From Candidatus Eiseniibacteriota bacterium (GTDB lineage: Bacteria > Eisenbacteria > RBG-16-71-46): 45,081 nt of DNA. The DNA is taken from contig JBGAOA010000035.1 of NCBI GenBank assembly GCA_044222065.1, forward strand, positions 1 through 45,081, read 5' to 3'. Position numbers and translations under genes: made by a program. The first letter of the stretch is position 1; the number at the start of each line of letters is the position of its first letter. Shown piece by piece: positions 19,357-28,361 of this stretch. The notes beneath the pieces were generated by a model. The model ran no database searches. It saw only the letters and a list, made by a program, of their open reading frames with translations, and was not told where the DNA came from.

Positions 19357-19460
19357 CCTCCCCGGGCGGGCGTGTTCGCTCCGCCGCCTTCGGTCGTAGA
19401 GGGGGTGTTCCCCTTCGGTCGCGTCCTTTACACCGGCGCGGCTCAGACCCGGAGGTCCAC

Positions 19461-21584
19461 CTGCTCGCTCGCATCCGGTGCTTCCGTCCGCTCGCCGTCG
19501 TGGCGCTCGCGGCGACGCTCGTCTCGACCGCCCGCGCCGCGGGCGGTCCGCTCACCGGCAAGTCGCTCCAGACCACCCGCGAGACCCGCTCGACGTTCGA
19601 GTCCCTCGCGGGGTCGCTGCTCGTCGGCGACCTGCGCGGAGACGTCCTCCAGGTCACGGTGACCGAGGACTCGCCGCGCCGCCTCGTCGTCTCCGTCCGC
19701 TACCGCGGTTTCGAGAACGGCAGGCTGTGGGGCGAAGTGCTCCAGTCGCCGCGCACGCCGCAGGCCGGCGTGCTGGCGTCCGAGCCGGTCGCGCTCTCGG
19801 GCGGTGAGGGCGAGGTCGAGCTGACGTTCGAGGCCGAGAAGGGCGCGTTCGCGTCCGGTCCCGTGCGTTCGCCGTACCTGCGACTCAACGCGGCGCTCGC
19901 GCAGCGCACGACGCCGAGCTTCCGGCGCTCGTTCGAGCTCGGGAAGGACTGGAGCGCCGCGAGCCTCGCGGGCTCGGATTTCGTCACGACGGTGACGCCG
20001 CGCCCGATCGGGCGGACCGCCGAACTCGGGCCGCGCCCGACCCTCGTCGTTCCGACGTCGCAAGTCGTCGCGCCGGCGCCGCCGGCGAGCGCGCCCGCCA
20101 CGACCGGGCCGACCGCGATCCTGTCGCGCCGCGCCGATCTCGGCGGCACGTTCTCGAAGCCGATGGTGCGCACGATCGGAGGCTCGGGCGGCGCGACGTC
20201 GGCTCCTCCCGCCGCGCCCGCGCCGAATCCGAATGCCGCGGCGTCGAAGTTGCCCGCGAGCGAATCCATTCGCTGGCTCACCGTTGCGAACTTCGGGCTG
20301 ACGCCGGCCCAGGTGGACCGCGGCGCCCGCGGCCCGTCGGCGATTCCGGTGCTGCCCTTCGGCGTCGTGCGCACCGAGGACATCGCGCTCGATCTGCCGC
20401 GCGTCCTCGACTTTTCGCCCGAGGTCTTTCCCGACGCGAACCCCGAGTCGGGCGTCTTCTACTTCGTGCCGGCGGGCTACGCGCTCCACTGGGACGCGGA
20501 CCAGGGCTACGCGTTCCGAACCGTCTATTCGTCCGCGGCGACGCCCGGCGGAGCGGGCGAGGTGCTCATGGCGGCCCGGCTCGAGTCCGGCATCGTCGCG
20601 AACGAACTGCAGGTCGCGAGCGACCTCGTGCGGGCGTACGCCGCCGCCCACGGGCTGCGCTTCAGCGAACTGCGCGCGCTGCCGGTGCAGTCGGTGTCCG
20701 CCTCGCTCGCGAACGTGCTCGGCCAGTACAGCATCCGGCCCGACCGCGTCGCGGTGCAGGGCGTCTCGGACCTGATGAGCCAGATGGACGTCTCGTGGGT
20801 GACCGACGAACGCACGACGCTCTTCATCCGGGAAGCGCTCACGGAGAACGTCGGCCTCGCCGGCGACGTCACGCTCACGCCCGTCGGCGAAGGCGTCGGG
20901 CCGCGCAACGTGCCGCTTCGCCTCCGGCTCGCGGACGACGCGACGTTCGGACCGTTCCGCTGGGACCGCACCGGCTGGCGCAACACGACGCCGTATCCGA
21001 TCACGCTGCGCTACCTGCACGCGCTGCGCGTCGAGCCCGGCCAGACGCCGGTCGTGCACTCGTGGAGCCTCGGCGACACGCGCGTGCCGCCCGGCGGGCA
21101 GGTGCGCTGGAACGCGACGGGCGTTCCGTTCTGGCTCGACGCCTCGGCGCGCAAGATGTGGCTCGACTACGGCGTCGAAGGCCAGTGCCGGGAGTGCGGC
21201 GCCGCGGCGCTCGCGGCGCTCACCGGGGGCGTGTCGTCCACGGGCGGGAACGAGATCACGTTCCACACCGTCACGCCGCTCGCCGAATCCGGCGCGCTCG
21301 CGGTGGTCGCCGAAGTGCGCTCGCGCTGGTGGGACCCGCAGGGCCGCGAACTGCGAACGCGGCAGGTCGTGCTGGATGCGGACGGGCGCGACTTCCGGCT
21401 CGGACCGCTGTTCGCGCCGGCGAGCGCCGACGGCGGCGCGCTGTTCGAGTACCGGCTCGCGCTCACGATGAAGAACGGGAAGCCCGAGACGGGACTCGAG
21501 CGCTGGATCCCGAGCCGCGACCTGTACGTGCCGATCGGGAGCTTCCAGCTCGAGACCTCGCTCGGCGCGTTGCCGCCGAAGTGA
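19461..21584 (+). CDS. Operon protein A: exported; N-terminal beta domain + Pro/Ala linker + divergent copy of the operon's paralogous domain
   Basis: GGAGG 19451-19455 aligns with CTG 19461 (alternative GTG 19500); signal peptide ..RPLAVVALAATLVSTARA; family motif FPDANPESGVFYFVP..YAL; C-terminal FEYRL beta-sandwich-like end. Confidence 0.8.
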   Translation: MLARIRCFRPLAVVALAATLVSTARAAGGPLTGKSLQTTRETRSTFESLAGSLLVGDLRGDVLQVTVTEDSPRRLVVSVRYRGFENGRLWGEVLQSPRTPQAGVLASEPVALSGGEGEVELTFEAEKGAFASGPVRSPYLRLNAALAQRTTPSFRRSFELGKDWSAASLAGSDFVTTVTPRPIGRTAELGPRPTLVVPTSQVVAPAPPASAPATTGPTAILSRRADLGGTFSKPMVRTIGGSGGATSAPPAAPAPNPNAAASKLPASESIRWLTVANFGLTPAQVDRGARGPSAIPVLPFGVVRTEDIALDLPRVLDFSPEVFPDANPESGVFYFVPAGYALHWDADQGYAFRTVYSSAATPGGAGEVLMAARLESGIVANELQVASDLVRAYAAAHGLRFSELRALPVQSVSASLANVLGQYSIRPDRVAVQGVSDLMSQMDVSWVTDERTTLFIREALTENVGLAGDVTLTPVGEGVGPRNVPLRLRLADDATFGPFRWDRTGWRNTTPYPITLRYLHALRVEPGQTPVVHSWSLGDTRVPPGGQVRWNATGVPFWLDASARKMWLDYGVEGQCRECGAAALAALTGGVSSTGGNEITFHTVTPLAESGALAVVAEVRSRWWDPQGRELRTRQVVLDADGRDFRLGPLFAPASADGGALFEYRLALTMKNGKPETGLERWIPSRDLYVPIGSFQLETSLGALPPK

Positions 21585-22750
21585 GCCGCGCCGCCGCGTT
21601 CTGGAGCGCGCTGCTCGCCATCGCGGCGCTCGCGCCGGGCGCGGAGGCGCGCCCCGACCTCTCGTCGCGCCGGCTCGTCGATTCGTTGCTCGTGTTCGCC
21701 GACGACGCGCGCCCGGACCTCTACTACTTCGGTCCGCCCGAGCCGCGCCTCGCGCGCCGGGACGACGGCGCCCCCGACCTGAGCCTGTTGTTCATGCGCT
21801 ACAGCGGCGCCGCGCGCTTCGGCACGCGCGGCCTGCAGTTGCACCACAGCATCCTGACGGTCCGAGTCGTGGTGCCCGAGCCGGAGCGTGAGCGGCTCGA
21901 GCGCCTCGCGCGAACGCTCGGCGGCGCGCGTTCCGTCGAGCTGCGGCCGCTTCCGATCCGCCGTCTCGAGTCCGCGCTCGTCTACGCCTCGGTGGGGGCC
22001 GGCGCGGACTCGTCGGCTCACCCCGTCCGGGGCGGACGCTTCGAAGGAGGCGATGCCGCGGGCGGCGCCGGCGCGGGCGTGTGGAGCGAGCGCGTGTACA
22101 CGGTCGGACTCGATTCGCTCACTGCGCAGGCGATGGGCGCGGCGCTCGAGCGCGGCCAGCTCGCGCTCAGTCTTGCTTACGCGTTCGTGGCCGACGGACG
22201 CGCCGCGAGCGAGCCCTTTGGCGACGTCACCGGCCCGCCGGAACTCGCGGCGGAACTCGCGCGCGCGTTCGCTTCCGGCGCCGCGCGCGACTCGGCGGCC
22301 GCGGACTCGGCAGGACGGCAGGTCGTGCGCGCGGGCGCGATCCGCATCGGATTCGATCCGCTCACCGCGGCCGGCGCGGTCCGCCGGATCGACGTCGACG
22401 CGCAGATGCCCGCGGGCTTCGCCGCGCTCGAGGTCTACTGCTTCGACTTCCGGGACGCGCGGCGTCCCGATCTCTACGAGAAGCGCGTCGAGGTGGAGGC
22501 GACTTCGGTCTCCGGCGACCCGGTCCGCCGGGAAGTCGTGTTCGCCCGCGAACACCCGGACGTATTCGCTGCAGGGGTTCGATTCCCGGTCGCCGTGCGA
22601 CTGAAGGAACCCTACCGGTACCGGGTGACGGAACTCCGCCCGGATGGCAGCGCCGCTCCCGGACCCTGGGTCCCGGGGCGTTCCTGGCTCGATCTCCTCG
22701 ATGTCACGACTCCGGCTCCCGCCCGAACGGGCGTCCGGCCGATTCGCTGA
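21581..22750 (+). CDS. Operon protein B: exported, short paralog (389 aa)
   Basis: GTGA overlap with A; signal peptide ...LLAIAALAPGAEA; FADDARPDLYYFGPPEPRLARRDDGAPDLSLLFMRY family motif; one C-terminal YRYRV beta domain. Confidence 0.85.
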   Translation: MSRAAAFWSALLAIAALAPGAEARPDLSSRRLVDSLLVFADDARPDLYYFGPPEPRLARRDDGAPDLSLLFMRYSGAARFGTRGLQLHHSILTVRVVVPEPERERLERLARTLGGARSVELRPLPIRRLESALVYASVGAGADSSAHPVRGGRFEGGDAAGGAGAGVWSERVYTVGLDSLTAQAMGAALERGQLALSLAYAFVADGRAASEPFGDVTGPPELAAELARAFASGAARDSAAADSAGRQVVRAGAIRIGFDPLTAAGAVRRIDVDAQMPAGFAALEVYCFDFRDARRPDLYEKRVEVEATSVSGDPVRREVVFAREHPDVFAAGVRFPVAVRLKEPYRYRVTELRPDGSAAPGPWVPGRSWLDLLDVTTPAPARTGVRPIR

Positions 22751-22765
22751 CCACTCGCTCCGGGG

Positions 22766-24616
22766 GTGACCTTGCTTCGACGTGGCACCGTCCTTTCCGT
22801 CGCGTGGCCGCGGCGGCTCCTCACGATCGCCGCCGCGGCGTGCGTCGCCGCGACGCCGGCCTTCGCGCTCGTCAACTACGACCGCGGCGCACGCGTCGTG
22901 CACGGCGTGCAGCTGCTGCAGGACTCGGGCGACCCGAACGCCTACTACTACGTGCCGCAGTACCCGCGGCTCGCGACGAACCCCGACAGCACGCTCGAGC
23001 TGCTGTGCCTGAAGTACGTGGACGCGCAGGGCGGGACGAGCGGCGGACTGTTCCACGCGCTCGTCGAGTTCACGCTGCCGCCGGCGCTGCTCGACCAGGT
23101 GATCGCCGACCTCAAGAAGGAGGCGCCCGGCGCGCGCGTGCTCGGCCCCGTGCCGCTGCTCCAGTCCCTGAAGGACGGGGAAGAGGGGAACGGCGCGTTC
23201 GAAGTCGTGTCGGCCGTGCTCTCGAACAAGGGCGAGGGCGGCTTCACGCGCAACGTCATCGCGTCCGGACGCGCGCCGTTCACGCCGGGCTCGCGCGCGG
23301 TCGTGGCTGCGATCCTGTCCCCGCAGGGCGCGACGCTGCTGTGGAACTCGCTGTCCGGGCCGACCTCGGACGTCTCGGTCGCCGTGCACGGCTACTACGA
23401 AGCGCTCGTGCAGGGCTACAACGCGCGCGTCACCGCCGACGTCAACACGGTGTACGAGCACGTGAGCCGCATCGAGAACGGGCAGAACGGTTACACGCGC
23501 CGCCAGCTGCGCGACATCGTGGACCAGCTGCATCGCGACGGCACGCTCAAGATCGAGGTGCTCGACCGCAGCGCGGGGCTCGGGATCAAGACCGACGACC
23601 AGCAGGGCATCCTGCAGCTCGTCACGGACAAGCTCACGACGCTGATGTTCAACGACTCCACCGGCTGGTCGAAGGAGCCGCCGCGCGAGACCGCCGTCGA
23701 GCGCGGCCAGATCCAGGGCCGGCAGGAGAAGGGCTTCTTCTCGCGCCTGTTCGGCGGCACCGGCAATCAGCGCTACGTGTCCGACGACCAGTGGGTCCTC
23801 AAGAACCGCCGCGACATCCGCCAGAACACGTTCACGCTCGTGCTGACGAAGAACGCGACGGTCAAGGTTCCCGTGCACACGTCGGGAAACCTCGGCGGGC
23901 TCTATCGCGACTTCGCGAACGACGAACGCTACTTCCGCGTCGTCAACCTCGCGGATGCCGCGTTCGAGTTCCGGCCGGTGTACTTCCAGCTCGACGGGGA
24001 CTACCTCGACTCGTTCCAGGACGCCATCAACTTCGTCAGCGTGAGCTTCCGCAAGTCCTACCCGGACCGGCCCGCGTTCACGAAGTCCATCCAGATCTCG
24101 CGCGCCGACCTCGACGCCGGGCGCACGACGCAGTCCATCGCGTTCCCGCGCCTCGGGCTCACGACGAAGGACTGGACCAGCTACGAATACCAGGTGCGCT
24201 GGAGCCTGCGCGGAGGGCCGACCCTGACCGTGCCGGCCGCCGCCGACCAGTGGGTGAAGGGCGCGGATGCCGCCGTCTCGCTCGCGCCGCCGCTCGTCAA
24301 GCGCGTCGTCGAGATCGAGGCCGACAAACAGCAGATCGCCGCGCGCGGGCTCGGCACCGCGATCGTCGAGTTCGCGACGATCCAGGCGGGCAAGCCGAAG
24401 CTCGAGCGCAAGGCCACGCTGCGGGGCACCGACGCCTCGCCGACGACGAAGGTCGCGCTGTACGTGGACAAGGATACGCCGGTCGCCTACCGCGTCTCGT
24501 GGCATTCCGCGACCGGCAGCCGCGAAGGGCGACTCGAGGTGCTGTCCTCGGACTTCGTGTACGTGACGCTGCCCGAAGGTGCTCCCGCGGCCGCCACGGG
24601 AGGGGGCGCGCAGTGA
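22766..24616 (+). CDS. Operon protein C: exported paralog (~616 aa)
   Basis: Signal peptide ...AAACVAATPAFA; DPNAYYYVPQYPRLA...LKY...GGLFHALVEF; VNLADAAF..R; YEYQVRWSLRGG. Confidence 0.88.
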   Translation: MTLLRRGTVLSVAWPRRLLTIAAAACVAATPAFALVNYDRGARVVHGVQLLQDSGDPNAYYYVPQYPRLATNPDSTLELLCLKYVDAQGGTSGGLFHALVEFTLPPALLDQVIADLKKEAPGARVLGPVPLLQSLKDGEEGNGAFEVVSAVLSNKGEGGFTRNVIASGRAPFTPGSRAVVAAILSPQGATLLWNSLSGPTSDVSVAVHGYYEALVQGYNARVTADVNTVYEHVSRIENGQNGYTRRQLRDIVDQLHRDGTLKIEVLDRSAGLGIKTDDQQGILQLVTDKLTTLMFNDSTGWSKEPPRETAVERGQIQGRQEKGFFSRLFGGTGNQRYVSDDQWVLKNRRDIRQNTFTLVLTKNATVKVPVHTSGNLGGLYRDFANDERYFRVVNLADAAFEFRPVYFQLDGDYLDSFQDAINFVSVSFRKSYPDRPAFTKSIQISRADLDAGRTTQSIAFPRLGLTTKDWTSYEYQVRWSLRGGPTLTVPAAADQWVKGADAAVSLAPPLVKRVVEIEADKQQIAARGLGTAIVEFATIQAGKPKLERKATLRGTDASPTTKVALYVDKDTPVAYRVSWHSATGSREGRLEVLSSDFVYVTLPEGAPAAATGGGAQ

Positions 24617-26361
24617 TCCGCCGCGCCTCCCGGTCGTTCGGCGCGGCCGCGCTCGCCGCGGCGCTCGCGCTGCCGGCGCTCGCCCATGCCCAGCCCGTCT
24701 CGATCGAGCGCGGCGTGCGCGCAGGCAAGCTGTGGTGCTTCCCGCTCTCGACCGACAGCTCGACGTTCGTCTACGTGCCGGGCGGCGCTCGGCTCGCGAA
24801 CGACGAGCGGGGACGCGCGCAGTTCTCGTTCGTGCGCTACGTCGTGAACACCGTCGGCGACAGCGCGGGCGCTTCGAGCGTGACCGAGGCGCGCGGCGGC
24901 GGCGTGCTGCACTTCCTCGTCGAGCTCGACACGCCCGCGGCCGACGTGAAGGACGCCGAGGCGGCGCTGCGCGAGTCGACCGGCAACGACCGCGCCGTCG
25001 TGCGCGGGCCGATCCTGCTCGACGACGGCCGCTACCTGCTCGTGTCCTCGATCCTGCAGCCGGGGGAGGCGTCGGAACGCACGCACGTGCTCGCGACCGG
25101 GCGCGCGCCGGTGCTCGAGGGCAACCGGCTCGCGCTGTCGTTCGACCTCGATCCGCAGCGCGCCACGCTGCTCATGCGCTCGTTCGAGATGTCGACGCCC
25201 GACGTCTCGCTCGTGTTCGATCTGTCGTTCTCGGGACTCAGCGATGCGTACGACGCGGAACTGACCGTGGACTGGGCGCAGGTCCGCAAGAGCGCCGCGT
25301 TCAAGGCCGGCGGCAGCGCGTACTTCTGCAGCGCCGACATCGACGTCGCGTTCGACGACCTGCGCCGCAACCAGGCGATCCAGCTGCGCACCGCGGGAAA
25401 CCACCCGGCCACGGAAGGGCTCGTCTCGAACGTTTACGCGAAGGTCCTCGACCTGCTGTTCAAGCCGGTCGAGCCCGAACGCGTGCCGGAGTCGCAGAAG
25501 GGCGGACTGTTCGACGCGCTCGCGGGCATGTTCGGACGCGGCGGCCTGCTCTCGAGCCGCAAGCTCACGGGCTTCGGCGCCGAACTCGCCTACCAGCTGC
25601 GCGACGTGAAGAGCGAGGGCAGGAGCGTCATGACGTTCCACAGCCGCTCGCTCGTGCAGCGCCACGCGCTCGTCACCTTCAACCTCGGCGACTTCCCGCA
25701 GCGCTTCGGGAACGACCCGGACCACTTCCGCACCGTGAACCTCGGCGACCCCGCGTTCCAGCAGCGCGAGGTGCAGGTCGGCCTCGACGGCGCGCTGCTG
25801 CCCGAGCTGTCGAACGCGATCAACAACATCACGGTGACACTGCGGAAATCGCACGCGAACGGCGAACAGACGGTGCGCGAGGTCGTGCTCGACGGCTCGA
25901 ACGCGAAGTCCGCGCCCGGACAGCTGCGCATGGTTTACGGCTGGAACGGCGACGCCGACCGACTCGCGTGGCTCGGCTACGAGTACCGGACGCGCTGGAG
26001 CTTCCGCGGCGGCGGCGTCTACGAGACGCCGTGGCGCCGTTCCGAGGCGCCCATGATCGACTTGTTCGCCCCGTACGAGCGCCGCACGGTGCAGTTCGCC
26101 GGCGATCCCGCGGCGCTCAAGGCGCGCGGCGTGCGCGCGGTCGTCGTCGAGGTCGCCTACCCGTTCTTTGGCGAGCAGCGCCGCCCGCAGATCGTGCTGC
26201 GCCCCGGAGACCCGATCGACGAGAAGCGCGTCGAGATCACGCTCCCCCTCGGACAGCCCCAGTACGACGTGACGCTCACCTGGCAGCTCGAAGGCAGCCA
26301 GCGGTTGCAGGCGACGCGGCACGAGTCGAGCGGGCTCGTCTTCGTGGACGAGTTCCCGTGA
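24613..26361 (+). CDS. Operon protein D: exported paralog (582 aa)
   Basis: GTGA overlap with C; signal peptide ...ALALPALAHA; FVYVP..ARLA..GRAQFSFVRY...GGGVLHFLV; VNLGDPAFQQR; YEYRTRWSFRGG; ends FVDEFP. Confidence 0.88.
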   Translation: MIRRASRSFGAAALAAALALPALAHAQPVSIERGVRAGKLWCFPLSTDSSTFVYVPGGARLANDERGRAQFSFVRYVVNTVGDSAGASSVTEARGGGVLHFLVELDTPAADVKDAEAALRESTGNDRAVVRGPILLDDGRYLLVSSILQPGEASERTHVLATGRAPVLEGNRLALSFDLDPQRATLLMRSFEMSTPDVSLVFDLSFSGLSDAYDAELTVDWAQVRKSAAFKAGGSAYFCSADIDVAFDDLRRNQAIQLRTAGNHPATEGLVSNVYAKVLDLLFKPVEPERVPESQKGGLFDALAGMFGRGGLLSSRKLTGFGAELAYQLRDVKSEGRSVMTFHSRSLVQRHALVTFNLGDFPQRFGNDPDHFRTVNLGDPAFQQREVQVGLDGALLPELSNAINNITVTLRKSHANGEQTVREVVLDGSNAKSAPGQLRMVYGWNGDADRLAWLGYEYRTRWSFRGGGVYETPWRRSEAPMIDLFAPYERRTVQFAGDPAALKARGVRAVVVEVAYPFFGEQRRPQIVLRPGDPIDEKRVEITLPLGQPQYDVTLTWQLEGSQRLQATRHESSGLVFVDEFP

Positions 26362-26426
26362 GCGCCCCGAGCAGGCGCGACGGCCCGGCCCCGAACCCCA
26401 ACGAACACGTGAGACCAGGAGACCCC

Positions 26427-28361
26427 ATGACGGAACGACGACACATCCCGCGAGCGCTGATGCTCGCGATCGCCCTCGCGCTCGCACTGCTCGCGCCGCG
26501 CGCGGCCGGCGCCGTGGTGCTCGACGACGAGAACCGGCTCACGGTGACGCTCGCCGACCGGACCGCGGTGACGTTGATCGCCGCCGCCGGCGACACGCGC
26601 GAGGTGAAGACGCACCGGTACTACTACCTGCCCGTGAACCTGCGGCTCGCGACGCGCCCCGACAGCGTTCCCGAGTTCCTGTTCCTGAAGTTCACGACCG
26701 AGGCACGCGCCGAGAACGGCGGCGTGAACGGCGGCCTCATGCACTTCCTCATGGAATGGGGGCTCACGACCGAACAGGAGACCGATCTTCGCGAGCGCGC
26801 CAAGAAGCTCGACCCGAACGCGGAGGTCGTCGGCGCGGTGCCGATGGAGGCGGAGGGCCCGGCGGGCAGCTTCCAGATCGTCTCGGCGACGCTCTCGGAC
26901 AACAAGCTGACGACCGCCATCGTGAATTCGGGACCGGCGCCGCTCGTCCCGGGCGGGCGTGCGGCCGCCGCGGCGCGACTCTCGGCCGAGGGCGCGCAGC
27001 TGCTCGCCGCCACGTTCGAGAAGCAGCGCTCCGTCTCCGACGTCTCGATCGGGCTCAACTTCGCCTACACGGTGCTCACTCCGGCCGTGCACGCGGTGAT
27101 GACGATCGACTGGTCGCAGATCCAGAAGGACTCGCTGCGTCTCGACAGCGACTACAAGCGCACGTACAAGGGCTCGGCCTGCACGTTCTGGGGACCGTTC
27201 GGGAAGTGCTCGCCCACGTACTCGTACAGCTACGAGGAGGTCCGGAACCAGTTCGAGTTCCTGATCAAGAGCAAGGTCATTCGCCTCGACATGGACGAGT
27301 TCCTCGCCGATGACCGCGTCGCCAAGGTTCGCGAAGCGTTCCTCCAGATGTTCACGAGCGCGATCGCCGAGCCGGCGCCGCCGTCACCGGGCCCCGTCGC
27401 GACGACCGACAACAGCAACGGCAACAACGTTCCGAACACGCGGCAGGGCGCCGGCTACCGCGTCAAGATGGCCACGCTGCGCTCTTCGTATCAGCGCGGC
27501 ACCACGGTGATCCGGCTCGACTCGCGTCTCGCGATGAAGAAGCCGCACACGCTCGTCGGAAACCTCGGGCGCTGGTACGACGCCGTGCGCGACAACCCGA
27601 ATTGCGTCGCGGCGGTGAACCTGAACGACCCGTTCTTCCAGCACCGCGACATCCACTTCATCCTCGACCTCGACGCGAAGGATCTGTTCGAGCAACAGGC
27701 GAACTACGTCACCGTGAACGTGCGCAAGAAGCGCGCGAGCGGGAACCCGTTCGAGGACCGCGTCACGATCGACGAGAAGTTCGTCAAGGAAAAGGGCATC
27801 AACGCGACGCTGACGTACGCGCGCGGCGAGGACACGAACCCCGACGCGTACGAGTACCAGACGCAGTGGAGCTTCCGCGGCGGCCAGGTGTGGCCCGCGA
27901 GCCCGGCGTGGCAGAAGGGCAGCTGGGAAGGCGTCACGCTCGCCGCGCCGATCGCGCCGCGCACGATCGACGTCGAAGCCGACCTCGAGGCGATGAAGGC
28001 GAGCGGCATCACGCGCATCACGGTGCAGATCCACTACCCGCGCATGGGCGCCGAGATCGAGGAGAACATCCCGATCTCGGTCGTGAAGAACGAGCCGCTC
28101 GCGTCCCGGAAGATCTTCATGGACCGCGACGCCCGCGGTTACGCCTACCGGCTCGTCGTGGACCACAAGGTCGAAGGGAAGCTCGCGACCGCGTGGAGCG
28201 CGAAGCTCGGCGACGACTACGTCTACGCGACGATTCCGAAGGACCTGCTGGAGATGCCGCAGTTGAAGGAAGAGGCGAAGAACGCCGCGCGCACCGCGCT
28301 CGCGGGCGTGAAGGACAAGGTGCTCGACCGGTTCAGCGAGCTCGTAGGAGGGATCAAGTGA
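26427..28361 (+). CDS. Operon protein E: exported paralog (644 aa)
   Basis: AGGAG before ATG 26427; signal peptide ...ALALALLAPRAAGA; YYYLPVNLRLA..PEFLFLKF...GGLMHFLMEW; VNLNDPFFQHR; YEYQTQWSFRGG. Confidence 0.88.
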   Translation: MTERRHIPRALMLAIALALALLAPRAAGAVVLDDENRLTVTLADRTAVTLIAAAGDTREVKTHRYYYLPVNLRLATRPDSVPEFLFLKFTTEARAENGGVNGGLMHFLMEWGLTTEQETDLRERAKKLDPNAEVVGAVPMEAEGPAGSFQIVSATLSDNKLTTAIVNSGPAPLVPGGRAAAAARLSAEGAQLLAATFEKQRSVSDVSIGLNFAYTVLTPAVHAVMTIDWSQIQKDSLRLDSDYKRTYKGSACTFWGPFGKCSPTYSYSYEEVRNQFEFLIKSKVIRLDMDEFLADDRVAKVREAFLQMFTSAIAEPAPPSPGPVATTDNSNGNNVPNTRQGAGYRVKMATLRSSYQRGTTVIRLDSRLAMKKPHTLVGNLGRWYDAVRDNPNCVAAVNLNDPFFQHRDIHFILDLDAKDLFEQQANYVTVNVRKKRASGNPFEDRVTIDEKFVKEKGINATLTYARGEDTNPDAYEYQTQWSFRGGQVWPASPAWQKGSWEGVTLAAPIAPRTIDVEADLEAMKASGITRITVQIHYPRMGAEIEENIPISVVKNEPLASRKIFMDRDARGYAYRLVVDHKVEGKLATAWSAKLGDDYVYATIPKDLLEMPQLKEEAKNAARTALAGVKDKVLDRFSELVGGIK

